IMG/VR virus record: IMGVR_UViG_3300043415_000095 | Span: 1 to 51,930 of that record | From: a virus | Taxonomy: Duplodnaviria > Caudoviricetes | Direction: 5' to 3' (one strand) | DNA length: 51,930 nucleotides | Shown here: piece after piece, positions 37,601-45,787 of the stretch | Numbering within the stretch: position 1 is the first letter of the stretch | Layout of the letters: every line of letters starts with the position of its first letter | Made by a program: the position numbers and the translations under genes | Notes under the pieces: model-generated | Databases searched by the model: none | What the model saw: only the letters and a program-made list of their open reading frames with translations | Told to the model about the DNA's origin: nothing

Positions 37601-38627
37601 TGCCCAGCTCGGTCCAGGCACGGCCCAAGGTGACCGGGATGCGGGCGGCTTCCTGATTGAGCGCATCGGATTGGCTGGCCAGCGCCTTGATGGCCTTGGC
37701 CGAGGTCAGTTCCTGCGCGGCGGACATTTTGCGAAGCTGGCCCAGCGACACCCCAAGGCCATCCGCGATGGCTTTGGAAATGCGCGGCATGTTCTCCATC
37801 ATGGAGCGGAATTCGTCGCCGGAGAGAATCCCCGACTGCATGGCCTGGGCAAACTGAAGCAGGCCCGCCGATGCTTCTACGGTGGATGCCCCACTGATCT
37901 TCATGCCCTTGCCGAGCAGGTCGGTGACGTTGAGAATCTCGGCCTGCGACCGGCCCAAATCCTTAAGACCCATGGCCATACGGGTGTAGAGCTTGGTCGT
38001 CTCTTCCAAACCGGACTGATTGCTCTGCGATATCTGGAATAGCCGCGACTGGATGTTGGCCAGTTGCGTGGAGTCACTGGCCACCAGCCGCAAGCGGGCG
38101 CTCATGTTGGTGTAGGCATCTGCCGCTTTGGCGATGTTCATAACCATACGAACACCTAGCCAAACACCAATCGCTGCGCCTGTGGTGCGGATGTGCGGTA
38201 GCCAGCCTCGGAAACTGAGGCCGGCTTTTTCGGATTCCTTGGCCACCTTCCCGAGAGATTGGGTGGCTTTTTCGGATTCGGCGCTGACGGCTTTGAGAGT
38301 GCCGGTCATCGCCGCCATGATGTTGCTGGAGGTGCCGACACTGGCGGCGACGGCCTTATTCGCATTCAGCGCCGAGGTGCCGAGCATCCCCATGGCCTTG
38401 TTGGCGTCCAGCGCCGCTTTGGCGATCTCCGACGCCCGGTTCATACCGAGCGCGGCATTGATGCTGGTGAAGCTGGCTTCCGCTTGTTTGGACAGCGCCG
38501 CAAACTGGGACTGGGCCTGCTTGGCCGCTTTGCCCATGTCGCTCATGCCCTTGACGGTCGAAGACATCGCCTGGGTGCTGCCACCCGTGTCGATCTGTAT
38601 TTTCGCGCCAAGGATAATGTCGGTCAT
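31689..38627 (-). CDS. Tape measure protein with lytic transglycosylase domain
   Basis: 2312 aa, Ala/Gln-rich helical; QFAQAMQSGILSGDEFRS; SLT motifs AESSF, GAFQF, AQAYHDG. Confidence 0.92.
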   Translation of the reverse strand: MTDIILGAKIQIDTGGSTQAMSSTVKGMSDMGKAAKQAQSQFAALSKQAEASFTSINAALGMNRASEIAKAALDANKAMGMLGTSALNANKAVAASVGTSSNIMAAMTGTLKAVSAESEKATQSLGKVAKESEKAGLSFRGWLPHIRTTGAAIGVWLGVRMVMNIAKAADAYTNMSARLRLVASDSTQLANIQSRLFQISQSNQSGLEETTKLYTRMAMGLKDLGRSQAEILNVTDLLGKGMKISGASTVEASAGLLQFAQAMQSGILSGDEFRSMMENMPRISKAIADGLGVSLGQLRKMSAAQELTSAKAIKALASQSDALNQEAARIPVTLGRAWTELGNAFTKLIGDADQATGASQKVAAAIESFAKKIEQFANTESPLERTRKNIKSITAEIAELNKQMEKPWWSRPLDISIAGPGQLENLTKQLAGEQNRLAGLEKQNSTETGSGLSRQAQEYIDAASAAWKLTQAQKAVVEQIVKTSEAEGFDPGFLLSIAKAESSFDALAKAATTTASGAFQFVKGTAKQYGVKDPFNVEQATVGAAKYLTVLQRQFKDTQLAAQAYHDGENAVARAGNRVPANSTDPGYGTRILKNMQALQKAMGNATDAIGKDIAKAEKDQFDAYADGLARREKAYDDYSKIALAKNKTLTDQLSSQQQAANVAAEQAMKMGDSGALAQAEEEMRRIIIARNQATQDSIAIEEKAANKRLGNIGMEIAAAQKLGQANEVAKLQAERGSAKAELAAIEESRKQLTLQTNDDLLANARQFAEKRLQIERELLDARSSLSQDQFQATIDDQKAQIDATLGQAQAQAALNEQQRQEATETLTGQAAIAQARENVNAKLRDALTLIQAEKQAALDKLSLDMQMLDYQEQIASWQRDHADSAADRIKAETDLAKVHEQQAVNAQKYLDVINGVTAAEAKARAEAAKQGNKLDAQSVKEEQLRMNAYWDQTISRMKDAQKIWVELLGSQADGFGDIALSLVEFSKQLDQIESKYKDLAVQGKEADEAGQTRFGETSKAVAQSIAATAVGMRKMFEEGSNGYKAMTALAGAAALAQDAVNIADGIGAILKQLKEGDVYTAIPRAIAVAGMVAQLIGHAVGTIAAMGGGSRTVKAEDRQKTQGTGTVFGDAAAQSNSIANSLEIIKQNSSNDLNYSAAMLRSLENLSNSILALANQVTSIVMPSIDAAIQASGMQFGKQNISLFSGFNKQLTDSGIGWFEASLSRILKGDFTAKMYADITKSFEVMGMALSESTKTYVRDAGSEVSNQITMIFRDMVKAMQDGASAFGKSGDQVLTALKGFKVGMEQISLKDMTMEEQTAALNAVFSKINDQMASRLNKALDLDLGPFRKAGEGMAETYFRVGSAINNAKGAMEQLGLEAVNYKTLTDAAKQGVIDAEISKKTIVEQMGGLSEGVKQYVMQLDGSVEDVVDATKKLIKASQDMRAAGFDENTLNRTMINAAGGLDAFNEAMTAFNENFLSEADRYSGDVRNLTDQFAKLGYGLPKSKEDFYNLVNSIKVTDEAGQKLFGQMIALSDAFAKVADEAQRIKDKYADILDPFKKFSDQINQVGKDFATLIGGLTGESKGKIDAITAAANKARAPLEGDKAVMQGSIDGSRARIEAIQTQIAEWEKQLETETDKAKAKQNKSLIKKLQTWIADGKQQIQYFGNAISDAQAALAPINDRLLTLSLQEGVDKIAEEARLSVEKQAIVDDAVKAMSSTLEDVFNQIVQTVQAAQQRVQSVVDLQKSLASQLAQLQGPGAVANLANNDLSQAWAAINDYIAGVQSGTARNVETEIGLLNTAQQAVMARYNAEIAAIQDAEREYIAAETERLNAALQVRIEAINAATEAAVKAENDRLEAAIKAQAKLDEAAQKALQKGFDAQNKITQKQFDAEQKLLQKQFDAEQAALQKLHDAQLEALQDELDAANKLSDAIKGVAEYAQSLKLSANSTLSPEARLAEAQRQYQTLVGQAQGGDADAMGKLAGASDAYLEAAKQYYGSSTNYQDIFDGVQKAMESIGGMSAPDPNSIQSRIDILREAQAAEMEALRELQAEKLDLLREEQAEKLDAIREIQSDQLDALREQQQANIDAMRESSQTVQEQIRDAAQSQIEALQKQTQQTIADLSDPTKNRAMAEAKAAAERDMKELQRLAELTRIEAQRQADLARAEAALQAQNALDLANKQLGELQAGTKVSRDTVSALNRILANNKLPTIPGYASGGLAQPGLAIVGEQGPELVRFNRPGQVYNAADTKSMLGGDAETKQILREIQTETRAGVTVQSQALPLVIKELAELKAEFAQHKRNQKLAVTA

Positions 38628-39010
38628 TTGCTTCTCTTGTTCAAAAGCGGCAGGGCGGCAATTTCCATCGTCTGCACTCCGGCGAATATGTCGCGGGCGT
38701 CCTGCCCACGATGGCCCATCATGCGGATCACCACGCTGGTGGCCGGGTAGTCCAGCCCGTGGTAGATCAACTCACCGGACATGCCGGCAAACTCCTTGCG
38801 CCACTGGGTGCTGCAAGCCAGAAAGACCAGCAGCGTGTCCCAGTTCTCGCGCTCAATTTCAAAGTCCGTTTCGTGGTCGGCGTCCTTGATCTTGTCGAGC
38901 AAATCTTCCGGTGCGCCAAACGCATTCAGCGCCGCCTCCAGTTCCTCATCGCCGCCGCCGGACCTGCCCTGCGGCGAGGCCCAGTACTTGGCGGCTTCAA
39001 TTAGTTTCCC
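38624..39010 (-). CDS. Tail assembly chaperone, -1 frameshift extension (gpT/DUF1799-like)
   Basis: TQWR...GLDY...MEIAAL, reached through the G GGA AAC slippery site. Confidence 0.8.
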   Translation of the reverse strand, partial: GKLIEAAKYWASPQGRSGGGDEELEAALNAFGAPEDLLDKIKDADHETDFEIERENWDTLLVFLACSTQWRKEFAGMSGELIYHGLDYPATSVVIRMMGHRGQDARDIFAGVQTMEIAALPLLNKRSK

Positions 39011-39447
39011 TTCTTCAACTCGCCTGAATACGCATTGCGGTAGGCGTCGTTGATGGCCTGCGGCAGGTTGGGCAGGAACTTGACCAGCTTGAGCAGGTTC
39101 TCGCGATTGAAGTCCATCGGGCCTTCGGCATCGGCCACATCTTCCCAATCGCTGACGATGTCCAGCAGCTCATCGGTGAGGTCGGCACTGGTCTTGTCCA
39201 TGCGGCCCTGACGGATCATCTCGGCAGTGAACTTACCGGAGAGGACATCCATGTTGCCGTCCACCTCGGCCATCAACTGCTGGTAAATATCGCCACCCAA
39301 ACGCAGTTCGCGTTCGCGCCTCTCATCAATGTCCAGTCGCTTGAACTTGAACTTGATGTGGTTCTCGACCTGTTTGCCCATGTCCGTCAGTTGCGGCACC
39401 TTGACGGTGAACCAGAACGAGTCGGAAAGGTTGAGTTTGAAAGCCAT
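39001..39447 (-). CDS. Tail assembly chaperone (gpG-like)
   Basis: Between tail tube and tape measure; ends KKGN. Confidence 0.85.
   Translation of the reverse strand: MAFKLNLSDSFWFTVKVPQLTDMGKQVENHIKFKFKRLDIDERRERELRLGGDIYQQLMAEVDGNMDVLSGKFTAEMIRQGRMDKTSADLTDELLDIVSDWEDVADAEGPMDFNRENLLKLVKFLPNLPQAINDAYRNAYSGELKKGN
39004..39010 (-). other. Programmed -1 frameshift slippery site GGGAAAC
   Basis: X XXY YYZ heptamer just before the stop codon, with an open -1 frame. Confidence 0.85.
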
Positions 39448-39565
39448 GCTGTTACCTATCTGTCTGTTGAGGAATTAGTCCCCCGCTTCATCACCAGCGG
39501 CGGGGGGCGCTGTAGACAGCCCTGTAAACAGGGTCGTGATTTACGACTGCCTGTCTGGGCGTTGT

Positions 39566-40495
39566 TTAGGTGTAGGTGAGGACGAACTCGTCATCGCCCG
39601 CGTCGGGTTCAAACACCAGCGGCATCGAACACATCAACACTCCATCCGAATCCGCAAAGCTGGGCGGCTGGAAGGAGACGGCAGGCGCGTCGATGGTGAT
39701 GATTTTTCCGGCGGCGGTGCCGTGAACGATCTGAAGTGCGTCAACGGTGTGGAGACGTGCGGCCTCAACCCAGCCATAGGTGGCGACGTTGGTCATCTCG
39801 AAACTCATCGAGCCAGACGGCTGACGGCCTGTCAGCAGACACTTCGGATCACATCCCGGCAGGTCGCGGAAGGTGGTCTGGTTGCCCATGTCAGCAGAGA
39901 ACGACTCCATGCACACGCTGATGCCGTGAAGGTCAACAACGGTGGTGTTCAAGGAGTTCGGGCCGACCGGCACCTTGAAGTCAGTGAAGTTCGGCGTCAG
40001 CGGGGTGTCGTCGGTTGGGGCGGTATAGCTGCCCATGAACGTAAAGTTCAGGGTCGGCAGTGCGCCACGCGCCAGGTTCAGGGAGACGTTGCCTCGGCAA
40101 CCGGCCATGATGTGCTTGATGCCGTCCATGTAGACAGCAATCGTGCAGCTATCAATGCTGGTGGAGGTTGGGTTGTAGGCAACCGACACCCCAGAAGCGG
40201 TGGTTTCGTCAAAGCCACAAGCCAGCAGCGCATCGCCATACGCCGGGCGAGTGCCAGCCGTACCAGAGGGGGAGAACTCCACCTCGAAGGACAGTTCAAC
40301 GTGCTGGTCCAACTGGATGCTGCCGTAGTTGCCGAACGTTTCGCGGACGAACTCGCGGGAAACCGAATTTCCTGCTAACGGGGTTAGAGTACAGTTCCGA
40401 ATTAGGAAGCAATCGCTTCCGGCCAAACTTACTGGGGTGCCTTGAGTCGTTTCGACTTTCAGCGCAACCAGCGTCTTTCTCATAAACAGGGACAT
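39566..40495 (-). CDS. Major tail tube protein
   Basis: 309 aa; position and tail-tube-like sequence. Confidence 0.85.
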   Translation of the reverse strand: MSLFMRKTLVALKVETTQGTPVSLAGSDCFLIRNCTLTPLAGNSVSREFVRETFGNYGSIQLDQHVELSFEVEFSPSGTAGTRPAYGDALLACGFDETTASGVSVAYNPTSTSIDSCTIAVYMDGIKHIMAGCRGNVSLNLARGALPTLNFTFMGSYTAPTDDTPLTPNFTDFKVPVGPNSLNTTVVDLHGISVCMESFSADMGNQTTFRDLPGCDPKCLLTGRQPSGSMSFEMTNVATYGWVEAARLHTVDALQIVHGTAAGKIITIDAPAVSFQPPSFADSDGVLMCSMPLVFEPDAGDDEFVLTYT

Positions 40496-40654
40496 AGCCA
40501 GTACCTCGGGTGTTACCGGGGTGGCTGGCTGGTCGCGTGTCCCTGTTAAGGAGAGGCGTCCTGGCGAACCCGTTGGTTGTCAAACGGTTAAGTCGTTTCT
40601 TTAAGCCATGTGGCTACTGCGGCCAACATGCCTTGGGCATGTCGGAGACAGGTT

Positions 40655-40828
40655 TCAATCAGTTTCCTTGTTTCCGGTCTCATCCGTCGCTGTCACTGTC
40701 TCGGTGGCGGGGTCGGGGATAAAGGCTTTCTTACGCTCGGCAGTCTTGGCAAGGCAGGGCGGGATGTAATCTGTCCCTCCTACCTTGGTCTTGATGCCGG
40801 TCACGGGGTCAACGGTCCACTTAGCCAT
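40655..40828 (-). CDS. Small hypothetical protein (57 aa)
   Basis: TAATG coupling; MAKWTVDPVTG... Confidence 0.55.
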   Translation of the reverse strand: MAKWTVDPVTGIKTKVGGTDYIPPCLAKTAERKKAFIPDPATETVTATDETGNKETD

Positions 40829-41226
40829 TAGGTGGCCTCCAATAAATCGACGTAATAGGTGAACGAGAACTCATCGCGCCAGACGGCACTCCCGGCGTCA
40901 AGGAACTCCATGCGTCCAGCCCGGTAAGTGATGGGATCACCACTCGCTTCCGGCTGATAATCAATCAGCGTGGTTCTGATGCTGTCGCGCATCGGCAGAA
41001 TCGACGGCAGATCAGCCCCGGTCAGCACCACACCAATCCGGCAATCCACCTTCTGAATCGAAGGCGTGTTGACGCGGAGGGATGGCCCTGCCGTTTCGCT
41101 GATATCGGTGATCCAGCACTTGGCCCCGGTGGACAGACTGTCTGTTTGTGGCGGCAAGCCGACCACTACCTTTCCAGAGAGTCCAGTCACGGTCTGAAGT
41201 CGGGTAACGATTCCACTGATGTTCAT
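40828..41226 (-). CDS. Tail terminator-like protein
   Basis: Position and size; WRDEF. Confidence 0.7.
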   Translation of the reverse strand: MNISGIVTRLQTVTGLSGKVVVGLPPQTDSLSTGAKCWITDISETAGPSLRVNTPSIQKVDCRIGVVLTGADLPSILPMRDSIRTTLIDYQPEASGDPITYRAGRMEFLDAGSAVWRDEFSFTYYVDLLEAT

Positions 41227-41522
41227 GCCGGTGCCATCCTGGCTTTGCGAATCCCTGCCGAGTCCACATCATCAATTTCAACGATGAGGTATTCGGTGTC
41301 GCCGTGCAGCACCTCGGCTCGCACGACGGCATCGGGGAAATCCGCAGCGCGGAACATCAAATGCGCCCCATTGATCATCTCCACCGTGTTGCCCAGCATC
41401 ATGTCGTCCTGAGGGATGACAATCGCTGTCCCATCGACGCCATCCATCGTGATGGCGGAGCCGAAGGTTTGTTGCAGGGCGACATGCGCCCTGCTGGCGA
41501 GTTGATCAAAGGCGCTTGCCAT
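41223..41522 (-). CDS. Head-tail joining protein
   Basis: Directly follows the capsid gene. Confidence 0.7.
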   Translation of the reverse strand: MASAFDQLASRAHVALQQTFGSAITMDGVDGTAIVIPQDDMMLGNTVEMINGAHLMFRAADFPDAVVRAEVLHGDTEYLIVEIDDVDSAGIRKARMAPA

Positions 41523-41524
41523 GA

Positions 41525-42481
41525 TTAGCTCAGGCCGATGGTCAGCACGGCATCGGGACGAGTACAAACCATCACGGGGTTGGTTTGCATCTCGATGTAG
41601 ATGCCGCGATTACCGTCGTCAATCGGGTAGGCATTGGCGTAGTAGGGCTGGCCCAGTGCGCCTGCGCCGACCTGATCCAGGGTGTCTGCCGGAGCAAACG
41701 CTTGGATGAAAAGTTCCGGTACGCCGACAGGAATGATTTTCGCCTTGCCACTAGCGATGACGGTAGAACCGACGCCGCGATAGCGTTCAAAGGTGACGCC
41801 GCCGAAAATCACTTGTTCGACCGTCGACCCGCGCAGGGCGCTGGCCGCTACCTGATTCAGGTAGGTTTCCTTGATGGTCTTGGACTCGATCAGGCCCGCC
41901 CAGAAGGTGTCATCACACAGTGCCAGCAGGCCGGTGTAAGGAATGCCCTTCAGAGCAGATTCCATCGGCTTGATGATGTTGGTGAAGATGGCTGCACGAA
42001 TGGCGCTGTCGGAAGCCCCGAAGCCCACTGCCGCAGAAGCCGGTGCGCTGCCAAAAGCATTGCTCGGGCTGTTCAGGGTGTTGATACGCAGGGTTTCCAG
42101 AGTCAGGTCGATATCCCGACGCAACTTGGCAATCACCTCATCGCGACGGGCGATGATGGATTCTTTGGAACCACTCATACCTACTGCCCGAAGCCCCAGC
42201 ACCTCATCGGCGTAGACGGCACCGTCCTTTCGGTAATGGCTGGTTTCAAAGGTGTGCACCGCACGGCGATCCAGGGTCTGCGCCTTGGAAGGCGTACCGC
42301 GAGGAGTCGCAGTCAGCAGGGACGCATCGTTCAGCGCCTGATCTTCAAGGCTGAGTTTGGTGGTGCCAAGCTGACGGGTAGTGAAGATGGCCGGATCACC
42401 CAGACGGCCCGGAATGTACGGAGCCTTGGCGATACTGGCAATCAGTTCGTTTGCGTTAAAAAAGTCTGTGAAAAAGTCCAT
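41525..42481 (-). CDS. Major capsid protein (lambda gpE-like)
   Basis: PYIPGRLG, FGGVTFERY, FAPAD, QTNP...CTRP. Confidence 0.9.
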   Translation of the reverse strand: MDFFTDFFNANELIASIAKAPYIPGRLGDPAIFTTRQLGTTKLSLEDQALNDASLLTATPRGTPSKAQTLDRRAVHTFETSHYRKDGAVYADEVLGLRAVGMSGSKESIIARRDEVIAKLRRDIDLTLETLRINTLNSPSNAFGSAPASAAVGFGASDSAIRAAIFTNIIKPMESALKGIPYTGLLALCDDTFWAGLIESKTIKETYLNQVAASALRGSTVEQVIFGGVTFERYRGVGSTVIASGKAKIIPVGVPELFIQAFAPADTLDQVGAGALGQPYYANAYPIDDGNRGIYIEMQTNPVMVCTRPDAVLTIGLS

Positions 42482-42486
42482 CGTTA

Positions 42487-42855
42487 TTACCTCGCGATGA
42501 CGTAAGCGGCAGCCAGATCGGAATAGGCTTTGGTCTTGGCAGTCGCATCAACAGCGGCGATCCACTGAAGCGCGTCTTTCTTGACTTCGGCCAACCGGAC
42601 AATGACGGTGGCAGACACGTCGGCGCTGGAAGCGTCAACGCCCTGCATCAGCACGGCAACAGCGGTTTCCGCGCCATTGCTCTTGCCGTCGTCGTAGCCT
42701 TCGTACTTGCCGCCCGTGGTGACTTTGCCGAGGACGGTGCCTGCGGACAGAACACCTGCGCCGGATTTAACGGTGACTACTTCACGGGAGATGCTGCCGT
42801 CACCTTCAGAGAGCAGCGCCTCAAAATCGTGTTGGGATTCGGTATAGGTCGTCAT
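42487..42855 (-). CDS. Head decoration protein (gpD-like)
   Basis: SREVVT...GTVLGKVT...VRLAEV. Confidence 0.85.
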   Translation of the reverse strand: MTTYTESQHDFEALLSEGDGSISREVVTVKSGAGVLSAGTVLGKVTTGGKYEGYDDGKSNGAETAVAVLMQGVDASSADVSATVIVRLAEVKKDALQWIAAVDATAKTKAYSDLAAAYVIAR

Positions 42856-43796
42856 TACTTAACTCCTGCAACTTGGCGGAAGATGCTCTGTGCGAGTTCG
42901 GCAGAGCGTGTTTGCGTGGCGATCTCTTCTTCAGAGCGTCCAGAATCGGTAGCGGAGCTATCGACTTTTTCGGACCACATCCGCAGAACGTCAGCGCGAC
43001 ACTCATCCAGCGAACGACCGGAGTCGATCAGCTTTTCAGCAATGTCTTCATGTAGCTTGGCCATGCGAACTGTGCTGCGGATTTCAGCCGCACGAACCCG
43101 TTCAAGGGCGATGGCTTTACGGACTTCTTCCGCGACATCAACCGCTGCGGTTTCTGTAACTTCAACAGGAGCTTCCGAAGCCTGAGTTTCCTCAGCCGGA
43201 ATTTCGTTTTCTGAGGGGTCAGACATATCGTCACCTCGGGTTGTGATTGAAACGGGATGCAGCCTGTCCTTGCTGCGGACTTGCGATGCCGCGTCAGCGG
43301 CAATGGGGACGAAGGAAATTTCCATCGGCTCCCAGTCAACCGCCCGGTAGATCGGCATCGAGCCATCCGTTGGGCGAGTCACTTCGTACTGGTGAACCTG
43401 ATAGCCCACCGACACGTTGCGAATGATTCCGGCGGCGATGTCCTGCACATAGGGCAGGAGTTCTTCGCGGGTTGAGAAGCGAACCGTGGCCATGCCGGTT
43501 TCGCCTTCCAGCCACGCCCGCTCAACCACGCCGATGATGTCTTCCAGTTCCTCGCACTCATGGGTATCGAGAACCGGAGCGCCACCATTTAGCCGATCCA
43601 GGCGAACGGCGTCGGGAGAGACGACCAGTTCTTCAATGAAGGGACCGTCCATCCAGTCGTAGCGGCGAACTTGTGCGCCGGTCGTCCACACGACATCAAT
43701 GGTGTTGTTGTCGCGATTGAAGGTGGCGGGCATCGGTGCCGCTCGGACGGACATCAGAGGCATCTGTGCTTCTCTCAGCATTTCGGCTTTAGCCAT
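42855..43796 (-). CDS. Prohead protease (HK97-type) with scaffold-like C-terminus
   Basis: PVLDTH, VSVGY, EISFVPIAAD. Confidence 0.85.
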   Translation of the reverse strand: MAKAEMLREAQMPLMSVRAAPMPATFNRDNNTIDVVWTTGAQVRRYDWMDGPFIEELVVSPDAVRLDRLNGGAPVLDTHECEELEDIIGVVERAWLEGETGMATVRFSTREELLPYVQDIAAGIIRNVSVGYQVHQYEVTRPTDGSMPIYRAVDWEPMEISFVPIAADAASQVRSKDRLHPVSITTRGDDMSDPSENEIPAEETQASEAPVEVTETAAVDVAEEVRKAIALERVRAAEIRSTVRMAKLHEDIAEKLIDSGRSLDECRADVLRMWSEKVDSSATDSGRSEEEIATQTRSAELAQSIFRQVAGVK

Positions 43797-45264
43797 CGGT
43801 GTTGTCTCCTGGGACGGGTGCCGCCGGATCGGTAGCGTCCTCAACCGGAGCGGCTACCTTGCTGTCATTGCGATAATCGCTCTCGACCTTGATGCCAAGG
43901 CTGTCGAGGATTGCGAGGTATTCGGCTTGCTCATTAGCCACGGCGACCGGGTCATAGCCCTGGCGGCGAATGGCTTCGGGCAACGTGATAAAGCCGTTAC
44001 GCACGGCGCTGGCCAATGACTCAAACTCGCGGCTCGGGTCTACAACAGTCCTGGCGGGAGGCGTCCACTCATCCGTGATATCTGCGATGCCCATGCCGGT
44101 TTGAATTTCGACGGCATCGAGAAACCACTGGAATACCCGGTGGCAAAAGCGTGGGATGAACAACTGCCAGAGATAGCCATCGATGGCCCGCCCCATTTCC
44201 TGGGCACCCATACGGGCGCTGCTGAAATTCACCGAGGACAAGTCGCCGGTCAGGGTTTCGTAAGTAATGCCGAGGCCGGCTGCGACACGGCGCAGGCAGC
44301 TATCCCGATACGCCGGGTCTTCACCCGCTGGCGGAGGGGAGTTGAATTCGATCTGACTACCGGGACGCAGGGCGTACATGGTTCCCGGCTGAAGGTCGGG
44401 AAGCTCGGAGAGTTCCTGCTCAAAATCGTTGGGGTTGTCGGAGATCAGGAAGCCGCACATGAGGTTAGCCAGCTTCTGGCGTACCAGATAGGCATCCTCG
44501 TACTGGGCCAACTCCTTGAGCGTGACCGTGACCGGCGCAAACCAACTGACGCCGCGCTCCTGCCCAGGTCTGTCCTTGCGGAACAGATGGATGATTTCAT
44601 CTGCCGGTACGCGAACAAATTCCGCCGGGTTGAGGTACGCCAAAGGGCTACCCGGATGCCGCTTCAACAAGTAGTAAGCGACCCGGCGGCCAAGCTGATC
44701 GAACTCGATGCCGCGTAGAACGGTGTTGCCGTTGGGAAGTTGCTGATCCAGTTCCAGCGTGTCCGCGATCATGTCGCACTCAATCACCTGCAACTGGATC
44801 GGCACAGGGAGCTTGTCTTCAGGCCGACGCGGGCGCAGGCGAATCAGAACTTCGCCGCTCTCGATCATGGCCCGCATGACCAGCCCTTGGAGGTGATAAA
44901 AATCACCAATGCCATCGGCGTCACACGCGGGTGTTTCCGCCCATTGCGCCCAAAGACGCTGCGCCTGAAGCAATCGGGATTTGGACTTGCAGTGGATTTG
45001 GCAGCGAATGCCAAAACCCACGGAATTCGATACGAGGCTGTTCAGCCCTTTCGCCGCCCATGGATTGTCGCGGACCAACGAGCGGGCGCGGTCGCGAATT
45101 GTCTGTGGGTCTTGAATGGCGCTGGTGCCATCGGAAGCCGGCGCATACCAGTTCTTCATCCGAGAAGAGTGGCTGGCGGCTTCATACCGGCGAAAATCAG
45201 TCGCAGGGCGCGGTGGCGAGACCTTGTCTGCTATGACCTTGACGAAATCAATCACGGCACTCAT
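43789..45264 (-). CDS. Portal protein (lambda family)
   Basis: RARSLVRDN, GIEFD, RPGQERG, LTGDLSSVNFSSAR. Confidence 0.92.
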   Translation of the reverse strand: MSAVIDFVKVIADKVSPPRPATDFRRYEAASHSSRMKNWYAPASDGTSAIQDPQTIRDRARSLVRDNPWAAKGLNSLVSNSVGFGIRCQIHCKSKSRLLQAQRLWAQWAETPACDADGIGDFYHLQGLVMRAMIESGEVLIRLRPRRPEDKLPVPIQLQVIECDMIADTLELDQQLPNGNTVLRGIEFDQLGRRVAYYLLKRHPGSPLAYLNPAEFVRVPADEIIHLFRKDRPGQERGVSWFAPVTVTLKELAQYEDAYLVRQKLANLMCGFLISDNPNDFEQELSELPDLQPGTMYALRPGSQIEFNSPPPAGEDPAYRDSCLRRVAAGLGITYETLTGDLSSVNFSSARMGAQEMGRAIDGYLWQLFIPRFCHRVFQWFLDAVEIQTGMGIADITDEWTPPARTVVDPSREFESLASAVRNGFITLPEAIRRQGYDPVAVANEQAEYLAILDSLGIKVESDYRNDSKVAAPVEDATDPAAPVPGDNTDG

Positions 45265-45470
45265 AGGCCGGTCTTCGTCGTCGGCACCCAGGCTCTGCCC
45301 CGGGCGGTGGAAACGGTGGCGATGCCCAACTCTGACGCAATCATGTTGCGTAACGCGATCAGGTCGCTCATCTTTTGATAAACGACGATGCGATTGTCGA
45401 TCTCAACGCGCAACGTGCCGGAGGCGATTGCCGCTTCGATGGACTCAAGTTGTGCGAGGGTATAAGCCAT
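45261..45470 (-). CDS. gpW-like head completion protein
   Basis: MAYTLAQLESIEAAIASG. Confidence 0.85.
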   Translation of the reverse strand: MAYTLAQLESIEAAIASGTLRVEIDNRIVVYQKMSDLIALRNMIASELGIATVSTARGRAWVPTTKTGL

Positions 45471-45520
45471 ACTCGGCTTTGTACGCGCCTCGCAAGAACA
45501 AAATAAGGCCGAAAATGTTC

Positions 45521-45787
45521 CTATAAGTAACTGGAACTGCTGGAGATTCTTCTGACGTGCTGCGGCGTTATGCCGAGTTTTTTGGCAATTTCCTTAGTCG
45601 CCACCCCTTCCGCTTTTAACAGCTTGACCACTTCATCGCGGCGGTCTTTGCATTTGGTAGCGATATACACCCGGTCGCCGCCGTGGGTGTGCCGCCAGTG
45701 GTCGATGGTTTCAAACAGGCGCGGCCACTCTTCAGGCGGGACGACCCGCGTCAGCTGCTGTTCCAGATCGGAGATCGGGTCAGACAT
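45521..45787 (-). CDS. Mor/C-like transcription regulator
   Basis: GGDRVYI motif plus C-terminal HTH (EIAKKLGITPQHVRRI). Confidence 0.7.
   Translation of the reverse strand: MSDPISDLEQQLTRVVPPEEWPRLFETIDHWRHTHGGDRVYIATKCKDRRDEVVKLLKAEGVATKEIAKKLGITPQHVRRISSSSSYL

Noticed and set aside
31697-38889. Many long antisense or alternate-frame ORFs within the tape measure and head genes
   Set aside because: Shadow ORFs expected in GC-rich coding DNA
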